NCBI RefSeq assembly: GCF_006345805.1
Contig: NC_042998.1
Span: forward strand, 142,104,001 to 142,168,000
Reading direction: 5' to 3'
Source of the DNA: Octopus sinensis
Lineage: Eukaryota
DNA: 64,000 nucleotides
Shown: positions 11,395-25,439 of the stretch, in pieces
Numbering within the stretch: the first letter of the stretch is position 1
Layout of the letters: every line of letters begins with the position of its first letter
Position numbers and translations under genes: made by a program
Notes under the pieces: model-generated
Database searches by the model: none
Seen by the model: only the letters and a program-made list of their open reading frames with translations
What the model was told of the DNA's origin: nothing

Positions 11395-12863
11395 GTGCGC
11401 GCACACAGAAAGAGAGATAGAGAGAAAGAGAGAGAGTAATTTCAGGATCTTCAACGGGAGATGTTCGTAGTTGTTGAAATAAAAAGCAAAATCGATAATA
11501 GTTCTAACTTCCTGTTTGTTATAGGTGTGGTTTCATTATATGATAGTTTTCCGTCAAGCAAAACTGATAGCATTTGGGATTATTGTTGCATGGGGTGGTT
11601 CTGTTAAAGGGAGGCCGAACAATATCAGCACACTCAACCTTTTCCTTATTCTGTCAAACGTACTTCGAGAGTCATGCAGTAGTTGTGATGATAGCTGAGA
11701 GACCTTATGCTGGCAAAGTCGACCTTTAAATGAATTTTCTAAGCCGATGTATGACGCATCATTGTCGATTTGTTTCAGTTGTAATACCCTGATACACGAT
11801 GAAGTTATTCATCTTATATACATAGTCTTCCAACTAGAGTATGAATTTTTATTTGTAAAAGAAAATGAGTAAGTATATAATATAGCTTCATATCAAGATA
11901 CAGAGAGAGAGAGAGAAGTGGGGAGAGAGAGGGAGAGAGAGGGGTTATGCGTTCTTTATATACAGATATTTCACATGATACTAACGTTACTGGGATAAGA
12001 TTTATATGATTTTTTTTGTGAAAGATGATGTGAAAATTCAATTTCAAGAATGTAAAAAGAAAAGGTAGACAGTAATGAAAAATAAAAAATAAAAGAAAGG
12101 AATAATATAAAAGAATCAAACAACGAAAGAATGAATGACAGAAGGGAAAAAAACAGAAGCATAGAAAAATGATAAAAGTGAAGGCAAAAACAAAGAAAAA
12201 GAGAAAGGAAATAGAAGCGAGACAAGAATACAAAAAGAGAAGTCTTAGAAATAAATTGAATTGTCAAGGCTTTCATTAAGATATAGAAGTTTACCTAAAC
12301 ATATGGTTGCTTGTCATTCAACTTTTCGATTACTGTTTTAGAATTGGTGGCGATGGTAGTGGTGGTAGTGGTGGTGGTGGCCATCGTAGTAGCTTTTACG
12401 TTTATGGCTTTGGTGTTTTGGTTTGGTGCTGCAAGGAGTAGTAAAGGTACCCTAATGAAACTTGTTCTGGTATTTTAGTACTATGATAAGGACCGTGTCT
12501 TTAGTATCAACAAAATGATATCTATCCACTTTTGCGTGTTCTGTAATATTCCACCGTTTCACAATATTTTCTTCACAAGAGGTTCGCCGAAACTGTCTGG
12601 CATGACGCAAAGGTACGCTAGAAGAAAAAAATGTTTGAGAACCATTGTAATAAATCGTTAAATAGGAATTGGGGGAAATTTAAAACAAGAAAGCAGTGAT
12701 TTATACTTAAACGGGGAAAATATTCAGTAAATTAATGCCATACATTAGGTATGCAAATATAGTAATTAATAGCTTTAACTTTAAATTTATCTCCAACATA
12801 GTCTTCATAATCTACTTCCAGTGCTCATGAATAATTCTATAACATTCACATATCTAATAACTG

Positions 12864-12944
<81 letters not shown>

Positions 12945-12945
<1 letters not shown>

Positions 12946-13827
12946 ATAAAATACAGTGTACATTTAAACACATTAAAAGGTTTCCATCATAGGACTCCCT
13001 TACGCTAGAAAGAACAGCTAAAGTCCAAACCACTAATTAGGGATAAATTCTCGAAGGAAATGAAAAATAAAAACATTTACCATCTATTTCCTGGACCATG
13101 GTTTCTGACTTTTTTTAGCAAATAAAATAATTTGCTAGGCGAAGTCTTCGTCAACAGGCACGCCAAGATTAAACATATAAACACGAGGCCAATCTAGCAT
13201 ATGCCTCTTGCTTATACATTTTAATTTTTTTAAATCCACCGCGCAAGCGCAGTTTTTTTGTCGGCAGCAAAAAGATGCCGGCAATTTCTTCAAACGAATC
13301 TCCTAGAAATCATTATGCATGATTAATAATATCAGGGTAATAAAGATTTTAGAAATTTTTACTACCAGTGGCCTAGCATATAGAAAAATTAGTCAATAGA
13401 CTATATATTATTCAAATAAAATACAGTGTATATTTAAACACATTAAGAGGTTTCCATCATAGGACTCCCTTACGCTAGAAAGTACAGCTAAAGTCCAAAC
13501 CACTAATTAGGGATAAATTCTTGAATGGAATGAAAAATAAAAACATTTACCATCAATTTCCTGGACCATGGTTTCTGACTATTTTTAGCAAATGAAAAAG
13601 TTTTCTAGTCGAAGTCTTCGTCAACAGGTACGCCAAAATTAAACACATATATACACGAGGCCAATCCAGCATGTGCCTCTTGCTAATACATTTTAATTTG
13701 TTTAAATCCACCGCGCAAGCGCAGTTTTTTGTCGGCAGCAAAAAGATGCCAGCAATTTCTTCGAACGAATTTTCCAGAAATCATTATACACAATTAATAG
13801 TACCAGGGTAATAAAGATTTTAGAAAT
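12945..13827. repeat. Direct tandem duplication, ~470-bp period
   Basis: aataaaatacagtgta...aaagattttagaaat at 12945-13356 and 13415-13827, with scattered substitutions. Confidence 0.92.
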
Positions 13828-14334
13828 ACGTATACATGCATGTGCAATATAGGAGACAGCTGCGTTCAAATGGTTTGAACTTTTACTCCGATATCTTTAT
13901 TGAGGACTAAATCCGCGAGGTCAAGAAAAATCCAGGCGAGCAGATATAGAGATAATGATGCAAATAAACAAATAAACCGCTTGGATTAGATCGGACTTGT
14001 ATTATCATACATTCTCCTCTTAATTTCTCGTGTCTTTGCACTCTGTATAAGTCTGCTCTGTTAATATATAAATATCTACATATTTATACATGGACACTCA
14101 TTGTCTGAATATTTTCAGTCTTTGCTTTCTCTGTTTACATGTATATATCTATGAATATTTTGTATATTAAACCCAAGCAGTTTTATTTGTTGATACTGAT
14201 CATCTCTATAAATGTGCGCATGTGTATGCGTATCATAATGGAACACAAGCGTGTATGTTTCATTACTGTTTATACATGTGTGTATATATGTATGTATATA
14301 TGTATGTGTGTGGAGACCCATTGTCTTATGTCAC

Positions 14335-15400
14335 CCATCAGTGCGCTCTCACTTTAGAGATGTTCGGCGAAAGCAATGTTTTTGCCCTAGACATCAGCAA
14401 AGCCTTCCACCATACCTGTTAAGTAAATTTTCAGTCAAAGCTTTCTGTCTGCGGACTTCACCTATACTTCATCGCTGGGATCGATTGCTTTTTATAAGAA
14501 TTAACTATTGCAGCAGGTGCTTGTTGGAGCTTTTTTTCTGCCCCAGCTCAATCAACTCCGGAATTTCCCTTTCCCTGTGTTTGATTCTATCTTCTGCCTT
14601 TTTTCATCTGTACATCAATGGCCTACTTGCCGCCGCATCCAAGAATGACCATTCTCATGTAGATGGCACGACCTTTCATTGTTCCTTAACTTCCCCAACC
14701 ATGCATCAGCCACACGCAAGCGATACACCTCACATTAAGCCTGCATTGATTCCATAGACGAATGCCTTGAGAGTAATCTCCACGCCAAACTTGTCTCTGT
14801 TAACAGTGAAAAAAAGCTCACAAGTACTACTTATATAAGGAAAATTACCGCAGCAACCACCCTCTCTAAACATTGCTGGGACTCAACCAGAACCCTCACT
14901 TTTAGTCCAACTGTTGGACCTCACTATCGCCGAATGTCTTTCTTGGTGAAAGCAGCACATGCGTAACATAGAACATCTCCATAACTAACTCTTCTCTTCA
15001 AAGATAGAAGATAGGTTAGACTCCAACTCTACAAGGCTCAAGTGAAGTCCACCATCAAGTACTATTCCAATATTTGGAACAACGTTATTGCTAAGCAGTC
15101 CAATTTCTGGTCCACAGCCATGCTTTCTCTTCTCTTTGTCTTTTCTCTCCCTACCATAATTGCCTCTGTTTCTTATAACTGCTAGACTCATTTCTCCATC
15201 ACTCGGGCACCCCAGACCGACTTGTCCATTTACTTCTCGTCACCCTTGTTGCAACCAAACTCCATACCACATCTACCACTATCCCAGTCCTTTCTATGCA
15301 AACACTCTCGCTGGAATCTCTTCGCTGCTCATTTTATTCCTGCGAGTTTACCTGCGGCAGTTTAAATGTTTAAACGGGACATTAACGCCATCCACCTCAC
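14335..15400 (+). mobile_element. CR1/L2-group LINE reverse transcriptase remnant
   Basis: GESNVFALDISKAF, HLYINGLL, HSHVDGTTFH (degenerate YADD region) and LYKAQV...PTIKYYSNIW, across frameshifts. Confidence 0.8.
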
Positions 15401-15507
15401 TGATCCCAGAGGGCGTGCAAAAATCATGGACGCTATCCCTTTTCCCAGATTCAACAAATAAAAAACACAAACACTCGCATTTACACACACATACACAGAC
15501 ACACACA

Positions 15508-15553
<46 letters not shown>

Positions 15554-15767
15554 CACTCACATACACGCTCGCGCGCACGCAGACATGTAAACACACGAAA
15601 AAAGCAAGATAAAAGATAGAGAGAAAGTGATGGGTGAAGAGGAGGTGGTGGAGTTGGAGGGAGAAAAAGAAAAAAGTGAAGAAGAAGAAAAGAAATATGG
15701 AACGAGAGAGAGAGAGAGAGAGAGAGAGAGTGATATGGTCCTTTATGTGTGTGTGTTTGTGTGTATA

Positions 15768-15881
<114 letters not shown>

Positions 15882-15899
15882 ATAGATTAATAAATAGAT

Positions 15900-15979
<80 letters not shown>

Positions 15980-16547
15980 TGTACATACATATACATATAT
16001 GCATATAAAAGTCTATGCATACTTACGTACATATAGATATGCATATACGTACGGATACGCATATGGTATATTCATTATATACATAGAAGTGTATTTCAGT
16101 TTGTGATCTTATATAAATGTTTGTCGTTATATATGCTGTTTCCACACAAATCCAAAGTGTAACGTTTTCTTCTCTTGACATATGTCCTTTTCCGTTCACC
16201 TGATACCTGTCACAGACTACGCTGGGTCAACATGACCCAGTCAAAACTAATCAAGATCTCATAGATTTCATATTCTTGTCGCTATAAATAATAAAACGCC
16301 TGATATATCTTGAAATTTTTGGCAAATGTCAGAAGCTTTGGAAGCATGTACGCACACGCGCGCGCCCGCACCCGCACCCGCACACGCACACACACCAACT
16401 CGTGAGTATGTATATTGTATATTGATATATCTTTCACTTTTACTATATGCGCGTGCGCGCGCGTGTGTGTGTACACTCCGCTTAATCCATTCTGTCCTTT
16501 AGAATGGACTAAGCAGCACAGGAGGATACACGTGGACGGAAAGGTTC

Positions 16548-16596
16548 TGTGACGCTGAAGAGGTCACACATGTGTGACGAAAGATTTCCGGACACA
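16548..16596 (+). ncRNA. Minimal type I hammerhead-like motif with an extra G after the core
   Basis: TGTGACG CTGAAGA G GTCACA catg TGTGAC GAAAG AT TTC CGGACACA. Same family as 43678-43722. Confidence 0.65.
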
Positions 16597-16654
16597 AGAT
16601 AAAATAAGAACAGTAGCTCTGCTACTTCCCTCATGGATAGGATATGTTATGCCT

Positions 16655-17730
16655 TCTTTTAGCTTTTAGGAAGTCTCCCAGTTGCGAGGAAGCCCCGGAA
16701 GAGAATCTGAAGTGGCCTTGCCAGAGACCCTCTGCTTTTCTTCAGGAGGATTTCTGGGAATCCATCAGAGCCTGAGACTGATTTTGAGCTCATTTCATCA
16801 ATGACCGATATTGCATCTGTTTCTTCTATTTTGATGCTATCAACAGTTGTGTGGATCTGTGGTGCCAAAGAACCCATCAAGCGTAGCTACCTGTAAGTAC
16901 TCTAATGGAGTGGTGAAAACACTCTTGCATCGCACATTCAGGACCTCACTAATCCACTGGGGTCCGCATTCAGCGAGTCATTTTCTTCAAACAGTGATCC
17001 CATCCTGTACTGCACCGAAGCAGACCCCCCTATATATCCACAGAAGACTTTAGGGTTTGTCACAACACTTCCGACAGCTCTGGCTTCCTTTACCGCCCCT
17101 TCATATTCATGGGAGTGTTTGAGTTCATTTTCAGTCTCGAGCAATGTTTGCCTGAGACATGATCGTTTGTTATCCCCCAGTGGCCCATCTAGGCGATCTG
17201 AGATTTCCGCCCGCCGTCTCGTCAGAATCCTCCTTTCCCTGGAAAGTATATTCTTCTGTAGGTTTGGTGCTCTGTCTGGAGAAAACTTATGTTGTGCTTG
17301 ATTGTCACAAAGTGCAACCGCCCTATGTCAATATCTCGCGTAGAGGGATTGGTAGACTAGTTTTGTTCCATGATCTTTTTCTCGATACCCTCTCAAACAT
17401 CTCTGTGAAAGCTCAGACTGGAGAGGAGCCGAGCGCCTCCAGCAGCCTGCATGTCCGTAGTCTCCTGCGGATTATACACCATCAGCTCTATTAAGCTATA
17501 GTTTGAGAAAATCATCGGTGTCCTCTTAACATTATGGATGAACGTCGCATTATTTTTGAAGCAGAGGTCCAGGACATCTTTTTCCCCATGCTCGGTGGAG
17601 CACTATTTGCTCCATAAAGAGCATAATTGTGAGGTCAAGCAGATATTCTGCACGCCTCAGACCGTGCAGCGACCCACACGAGAGGAAGCCAACGCTTTTT
17701 CATTTTTTTGCAGGCTCTCTTCAAATGAAT
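16655..17730 (-). mobile_element. CR1-like LINE ORF2 remnant (endonuclease-RT linker and RT start)
   Basis: Minus-strand peptides NPKVFCGYI and SGSDGFPEILLKKSRGSLARPLQILFRGFLATGRLPKS resemble the GPDG...L..PL..LF..SL..G..P RT-0 region. Confidence 0.75.
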
Positions 17731-17784
17731 CCCCATGATTTGGAGCATCAAGTGGGTGATATATAATACACACTACTGTTTAAT

Positions 17785-17918
<134 letters not shown>

Positions 17919-17921
17919 CAT

Positions 17922-18257
17922 GAAGGTGCATGGCTCAGTGGTTAGAGCGTGGGGCTTACAATCATGAGGTAGTGAGTTCGATTTCCGGACAGGGCTCTGT
18001 GTTGTATTCGTGTGCAAGACGCTTTATTTCACGATGCTCCAGTTCAGTCAGCTGTAGAAATGAGTTGCGACGTCACTGGTGCCAAGCTGTATTGGCATTT
18101 GCCTTTCCCTTGCGCGGAGAGGAGAGGCTGGTATGCATGGGCGACTGCTGGTCTTCCATAAACAACCTTGTCTGGACTTGTGCCTCTGAGGATAACTTTC
18201 TAGGTGCAATCCCATGATCAGTCATGACCGAAGGAGATCTCTACCCTTTACCCTACA
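17922..18257 (+). mobile_element. tRNA-derived SINE, full length
   Basis: Box A tggctcagtgg, box B gagttcgattt, central ctccagttcagtcagctgtagaaatgagt domain and accctttaccct tail. Confidence 0.85.
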
Positions 18258-18414
18258 TAAATACATACATACATACATATATACACACCTGAATATATAT
18301 ATATATATATAAATATATATATATATACACATGGTTACAGGTAGGTGTATATACACACACGCTTGTGTATATACATACAGGTATGTATGCACACACGAAC
18401 GTGTGTGTGTGTGT

Positions 18415-18492
<78 letters not shown>

Positions 18493-19759
18493 AGAGTGCG
18501 TCCTTAGCGGTGTTTGAATTCAGAACGTAAAGAATCGGAAGAAATGCAGCTAAACATTAGTCCAATGTTCTAACGATCCTAGCAGCTAGCCATCGTAATA
18601 AAGATATAGTAAATTCTACAACGCTCGATATATGGTCACTTGTTAGTTCAATATATAAAAACATTGATGTTTAAATTATATTTAAATACTGAAGACATAC
18701 TTTTTCTTGCTGTCGTGTAAGATCTAGAACACCCTTTTAATCGTTAGAAAATCCACAGTCCCGTAAGTGGTGCAAGCGTACTGTAATAGACTCTCAGATA
18801 CCTACCTACCCACTTACCTACCTACTTACTTACCATATTTACTTGTGAATAAGTCACGCTATTTTATAAAAACTGGAGTGTGACTTATACACATGGGAAC
18901 GTTAAAACTATGTAGAGGAACGTTTTCGTACCAAGATTTAACCCTAAATTAGAGGTGCAGCTTAAACGCGAGTTTGAATAGTTCGCTAGTAAATACCGCG
19001 AATTTTCCCTAATCATCAGCATTTTCTCATTTTCCCATATTTCCTCTCTTTCCATTCGTTGATGTTGCTCAACTAACCATTGGTGATTGTCTCATATCAC
19101 TTTTACCGGGATTTTTTCACCTACATGGCAAATGTAGGATGACAATGTTATCATTGTACAAAAATAAATCCTTTATTTTAAAAACAAAAACAAAATATTA
19201 AATAAAATAAAACAAAAGGTAATCGGATTTGCTCTGATCTTAAACATTTATTTGAGCCGTAAATTCTCAATAAATAACTTAAAACTACATGCCCTGTTGT
19301 TTATGACAGAAAAGAACCCAACATTACTTTCAGCAAAGCGAATTTATTGGTGGTGGTACATATACTATAGCGTTCATAACCACGAAATGGTAATTTCTAA
19401 TATGAAGTCTTCTGGAAAAAGCGGCATTAAAACGATAAACTGAAAATCCAAAATTGTATATTTGATATAATTTGAATTTTTCATTTCTCAAAATATGCTT
19501 CAAATATATTATAATAGATTAAAAATTTCTGGGTATCTCGAGCCTCAAGTTTATCAGAATCTGCAGCAGCCGTTTATTGATCTTAGATTAAATGCACATA
19601 TGAAGTATATCATATTTACTCAAAGAATTGAAGTTATGTAAAATCATGTAAAATGTAGACACCCCTATTTTTATTATTATTGATATCACAATACAATATT
19701 CTTTATGAAGATAGCTCAATAATATCAGTTCAAAATTTATAAATATTTTATGAGTTCAA

Positions 19760-19912
19760 ATGCCGCCACGGTCGACTTTGCTTTTCATCATTTCAGGGTT
19801 CGATGAATTAAGTACCAGTGAATTAGTGGGGTCGATGTGATCGACTCACCCCCTCCCCAAAATAATTTCAGGCCTTGTGCCTATAGTAGAAAGGATTATT
19901 ATTGTTACTACT
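19760..19912 (+). mobile_element. SINE family A, 3' part
   Basis: gtcgactttgcttttcatc...ggggtcgatgtgatcgact...tagtagaaaggattattatt, shared with the 23545 and 23797 copies. Confidence 0.8.
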
Positions 19913-19919
19913 ACTGAGA

Positions 19920-20215
19920 CAGGTGGGGGCCAAGTTAGAATTTTCTTCAGGTCGAGTAGCCCATCCCGCTCAAAAGGTCCATTAAGGGTTGTTTAAAGAT
20001 GTTGAACGAAACATCCATGTTTCCAGAGGTGAATAATCCAAACCCCATAGAATTCCTCTCAACACCTGCCTATGATGTTCCACCACTACTTCTTTCCGTG
20101 ATCAGAGATGCACATATCTTCAGCCACTATTGGACATGCTCAGCTGGTTAAGATCAAACAAGTGACAAGCAAATCTATGGTAATGAGCAGAATATTAGCT
20201 GCAGCCCATCTTTAT
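19920..20215. mobile_element. Non-coding TAA-associated repeat family C, partial
   Basis: Homologous to ~56515-56800; its right end runs into a (TTA)n/(CAT)n array. Confidence 0.75.
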
Positions 20216-20227
20216 TATTATTATTGC

Positions 20228-20277
<50 letters not shown>

Positions 20278-20304
20278 CCATCATCATCATCATTATTATT
20301 ATTA

Positions 20305-20381
<77 letters not shown>

Positions 20382-20394
20382 GTTATCCAGTAGT

Positions 20395-21620
20395 CTTATT
20401 TTTATCACATGCACTACCGAGTGTACCTTGGGTATGTGCTGTGGTTTGTTGTAATGCTCTTATTTTTCTGTATTGAAAGTGTTTTACGTAAGATGTATGC
20501 GGTACATAGTAGTGCCATTTCAGTACGTTACATATACTTGTTAGTCCTGGTGTTTTTGTTATGTATTTGTCTGAATATTTTTTTATCATACCTAACGCAC
20601 CTACTATGACGGAAATTGTTTCTGTTTTTAGACTCCACATTCGAGTTACCTTTATTTCCAGATCTTTGTATTTTGAAAGTTTCTCCATTTCTTTTAGAGA
20701 AACATTGTCATCTGCTGGTATTGATACATCAATTAGAAAGCATTTTTTCTTCGTGATCTCTGACAACTATATCCGATTTATTGGCCTTAATTTCTCTTTC
20801 TGTGTGTATTGGCATATTCCAGAGTATAGCTGCTCTCTCATTTTCTGTGACCTTTTCTGGTGTGTGCCTATACCATCTTTTCTTGTTGTTGTTGTTATTC
20901 CATAGGGTTGGCATAGCTTCCCAGTGTATATAGGTCCCAACTCTGTAGCGTCTGTGAATATATTCTTTCTTAGCCAGGAATGGGCAGCCAGAGACAATAT
21001 GATTTATTGTTTCTTCTCCATCTCCGCATATTCTCAGTTACTTCTATTTCTTTTCATAGCATGCTTTTGGTAATTTCTGGTGGGAAGGCTTTGATCTTGT
21101 GCTGCAATTAAAATTCCTCCAGTCTCTGCTTTGATTCCTGAGCTTCTCAGCCAATGTTGGGATTTTGCTTTGTCTATTTTTTCTATTTAGTTTAACCCAA
21201 TATTTGCCGTGAAGGGGCTTTTGCCATCGTTTTATCATGATCCGTTGCTATTCTAGTTTTAGTTTGGATTTCAGTCATTTTACAGTTTTTGTTGTTTCTT
21301 ATTTTTCTTCATAGTTGTTAAGTACTATGACTTCTTTTTTTGTACTTGTCAGTTTCCTTAAAGACTGAAAGCAGGTAATCGGATTTGCTCTGATCTTCAA
21401 CATTTATTTGAGTCGTAAAATCTCAATAAATAACTTAAAACTACATGCCAACATGTATAAGTTTTCCTTGCTTCTGAAGTAGGTATTTTTGTAGTCCTAT
21501 GGTGCTTATTTTGTAATAGTTTTCTAGCTGTATAAAGCCTCTACTACCTTCGATACGTTGTATATATATAACCTTTCTATGTGAGATTTTGTGTGGTGCA
21601 TCCTAAATCCTGTCATTATT
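20395..21620 (-). mobile_element. R4/Dong-type non-LTR retrotransposon, 3' fragment (family 1)
   Basis: RLE motifs ILWNMPIHTEREIKANKSDIVV, LIDVSIP and EKLSKYKDLEIKVTRMW. 3' end abuts (TAA)n in element sense. Confidence 0.9.
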
Positions 21621-21689
21621 TTTCTTGTTGTTACTATTATTATTATTATCATTTATGGTTTCCTTTTATTATAACTTTATTTCAGCTGC

Positions 21690-22125
21690 CTTAGTACCGG
21701 GCATCCTCCGGAGGCCAAGAGTAGCAAGGCACTTTTGTTTTGCTATGCATGCTAAAATTATCACCACATTTATTCCATTTTAAATGCAGAGTGCTTTCCG
21801 TAGTATATTGGCTATACCAATGAAGGTTATCATTCGTAGTTCACGGAGATTGGAGTTAACAAGGAGTTGCTTAATATACTTCTCAGCTCCCTTCTTTATC
21901 ATTCCCGATGCACCAATTATTGCTGGTATTATCGTAGTACTATGCTTCCACATTTTTGTGATTTCAATTTGCAGAATTTTGTTGTGAGAAAGCTTTTTAT
22001 ATTCCTTTCTTGAGACATTTTGATCTTGTGGCATAGACATATCTATTAATAGACAAGTTCCTTTGTTGTAGCCCTTGAACACAATATCTGGTCGATTGCA
22101 GTCAATTTTTCTGTCTATTTGTATT
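21690..22125 (-). mobile_element. R4/Dong-type 3' fragment (family 2)
   Basis: IQIDRKIDCNRPDIV...LLIDMSMP...KEYKKLSH...IIPAIIGASG (PD-(D/E)xK restriction-like endonuclease). Confidence 0.88.
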
Positions 22126-22331
22126 GGAGAGTACGAAATGGTCATCATCATCATCATCATCATCATCACCACCACCACCACCACCACCACAACCACCACC
22201 ACAACCACCACCACCACCAACAACCATCACCAACCACCACCACCACCACCACCACAACCACCATCATCATCATCATCATCATCAACATTATTATTATCAT
22301 TATAATTATAATAATAATAATAATAATAATA

Positions 22332-22438
<107 letters not shown>

Positions 22439-22451
22439 CATTATTATTATT

Positions 22452-23515
22452 AGTATATTTGGCTTTTGCTTTGTATTTATACAAGATGACTCCAAGTCTC
22501 ACCCAGTGACCTCAAGAGGCAACAAGTTAGAAGTTCAAGTTGGTGTTATGACTAGGGTGCCACATATTTGGTTTTGCACAAAGAATTATTCTAGAGAATG
22601 TCTAAGAAAACATCAGAAAATCATAAGTTTGTTTTAAAATTTGGAATTGCATAGCATATTACATAGGATATGGGCAGTTCCCATAAGCACTATTTTTTTA
22701 ATTACTGCCATTTTTGGATTTCCTGGTATCTGAGCTAGGTAGCAATCATCCCCTTTTGCTATTACACGTAGGGGACCTATGACATCAGGTATTGTTTTAA
22801 TCTTGAAGTTTAACATTTTGCCAATTTTTATTTCAAGATCTTTATACTGGCTCAGTTTTTGGTAGGTCTTGAAAGACACATTTATATCGATTGGGACAGT
22901 GATATCGATGAGAAGGCATGATTTTTGTCTGAAGTATTTCAGTATCATTATGTTGAAGGACTTCAGACAAAAATGGCCTATTCGCATCTATCCTTCTGTC
23001 AGTTTGAACAGTGAAGTTCCAGAGGAGTGAGTTGGGATCATTTTCAAGCACTGGAGATGGTTTGTGTTCCTACCAGTTTTTAACATAGGGCAGGTCCAAG
23101 TTCTTGAAAATTACCCGGTGAATATATTGTGCTGCGCTATTGTGCCCGTTGAGATACTCTGTAGGCGCAAGAAGACTACACATGGAGACAACACAATCGA
23201 TGGTTTCATTTTGTTGTTGACATACACGACATGTTGGGCTACTGCCGTTCTTTAATATGTTGGCCTGGTAGCTCCTTGTAGGTAGACAGTGATCTTGGGC
23301 TGTTATAATAAACCCTGTCTCTAACTTTAAGCCATTGATGGGTAAGGGCTTTGTCAACATCGTTATTATTAGCTCTCTTTAGGTATTTGCCATTGAGAGG
23401 TTTTCCTTGCCATTCATTTATCAATAAGATTATCGAAGGCAGCAATTTAAGCACGAATTTTCATACGCTTAGCTTTTTCTGTGTTTGTTTCCAGTACATC
23501 TCATTCTGGGATTAT
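22452..23515 (-). mobile_element. R4/Dong-type 3' fragment (family 3)
   Basis: TAQDHCLPTR, CRVC...ETIDCVVSMC zinc knuckle, LLWNFTVQTDRRIDANRP and QKLSQYKDLEI; flanked by (TTA)n on both sides. Confidence 0.9.
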
Positions 23516-23544
23516 TATTATTATTACCATTATTATCATTAAAG

Positions 23545-23757
23545 TGGCGAGCTGACAGAATCGTTAGCACGCCGGGCGAAATGCTTGGCGGTATTTCGTC
23601 TGTCTTCACGTTCTGGGTTCAAATGCTGCCGGGGTTGACTCTGCCTTTCATTCTTTTGGGGGTCGATAAATTAAGTACTGGTGAAACTCTGGGGTCGATG
23701 TAATCGACTAACCCCCTCCCCCAAAATTTCAGGCCTTGTACTTATTGTAGAAAGGAT
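23545..23757 (+). mobile_element. SINE family A, full length
   Basis: ggcgagctgacagaatcgttag head, gggttcaaatg B-box-like motif and ggattattatt tail. Confidence 0.85.
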
Positions 23758-23796
23758 TATTATTATTACTATTATTATTATTATTATTATTATTAG

Positions 23797-24008
23797 GCGA
23801 TGAGCTAGCGGAATCGTTACAGCGCCGGGCAAAATGCTTAGTGGCATTTCGTCCGTCTTTAGATTCTAGGTTTAAATGCTGCCGAGGTCGACTTTGCCTT
23901 TCATCCTTTCGGCGTCAATAAATTATGTACCAGTTAAACACTGGGAGTCTATGTAATCGACTAGTCCCCTCCCACCAAATTTCAGGCCTTGTACCTATAG
24001 CAGAAAGG

Positions 24009-24010
<2 letters not shown>
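23797..24010 (+). mobile_element. SINE family A, full length
   Basis: Second copy directly after the (TTA)n tail of the previous SINE, with the same head and tail. Confidence 0.85.
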
Positions 24011-24058
<48 letters not shown>

Positions 24059-24419
24059 CATCATCATCACCAAGGCGGCAGAATCGACACTACGCCGGAC
24101 GTTATCGCTGGATGTTATCGACTTGCCCCACCCACAAAATTGCTGTTTGTGGATATGGGATCATTATTATTAATATTATCTTTCTGTGTTTTAATTTGTT
24201 AAAAAAAATCTCAAAGGAATTATCAAACCAGAATTCAATAAATTTTGTTTTGTCATTTTTACTACCTTGTTTTTATTTATATTTGTGGGTTTTTAAAAAC
24301 TTTCTAGATCAGCACACATTTTAATTCTTCAAAATCAAATAACCATCTTCCCTTTCAAGTAAGTACTGTCTCAAGTCCTACGAATCGTGGGGTCATTTTC
24401 CCTGTTTCTATAGCATATA

Positions 24420-24625
24420 AATGACCGAGATCACATAGTTCTCTTTGAACGGGACTCCAGTTCGTTGCGCGGGTTACTCATTTACAGCTGAGTGGACTGG
24501 AGGAACGTGAAATGAAGTGTTTTACACAACAACACAATACAACGCTTCGTCCGGTCTGGGAATCGAGACTACTCTCTTACAATTGTGAGTGCAACATCCT
24601 AACCACTAAGCCAAGCACCTTTACT
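24420..24625 (-). mobile_element. tRNA-derived SINE
   Basis: Reverse strand ttggcttagtggttagg...tcgattccc with central ccagtccactcagctgtaaatgagt domain. Confidence 0.7.
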
Positions 24626-25049
24626 TTCTCTTCAAGGATACTCGAAAATTTCGTTATCACTCGTTTCTTAAAATTGTATTCCTCCTTCTCTATGTGTATA
24701 AGCCTTCTGGCTTTATAATTTATGTTAATATATTAGGAACTTAGATTGTGAAAAACAATAAAAAGCATTAAAAAAAGACAAAATCAAAACACTATGAAGT
24801 GTTGTGAAACTGAATAAAATATGCTATTGCATCGATAACTTGTCGATAGCCATGAAATATTAATCATAGTTTCTTTGATTAATACGAAGAAGGATAGCAT
24901 AGGTTTTTGCTTACATTCCTTCCGTCAATTCTACACAGCTTAGTCGTTGCATATCAGCTTCCATTTATAATAAGGCTCACAGCAATATATTGAATCAATT
25001 ACCCACTCTAGCATACACGTGCGCGCACACACACACTTATTTTTTCTCT

Positions 25050-25108
<59 letters not shown>

Positions 25109-25439
25109 ATCTGTTTTACGCCCGTTTTTCTTTTCAACCCTTTCTCTCCCCCCCTCTCTCTCTCACTCTCTCCTCCTCCTCCTTTTGGTCCCAGATTCGT
25201 ACCGCATCCCACAAACCTTCCTTCGATTCCTATAGATATTGAACGTGTATTTTTGCTCATACATTACATTACATTACCGGCAGAAATTATACTGCAAGAA
25301 AACCGTGTAAAGTAGTAGTAGTAGTAGTAGTAGTAGTATAGTAGTAGTAGTAGGAGGAGGAGGAGGAGGAGGAAAGAACTGGATCAAGATCTTAGGTCTG
25401 TCATGAGCTCTGGGTCTCATAAAGCCAGTATTTAATCCA

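Noticed and set aside
17922-18000. tRNA-like sequence with A and B boxes
   Set aside because: It continues into a SINE body and tail and has no acceptor-stem closure; it is a SINE head, as are the other tRNA-like hits.
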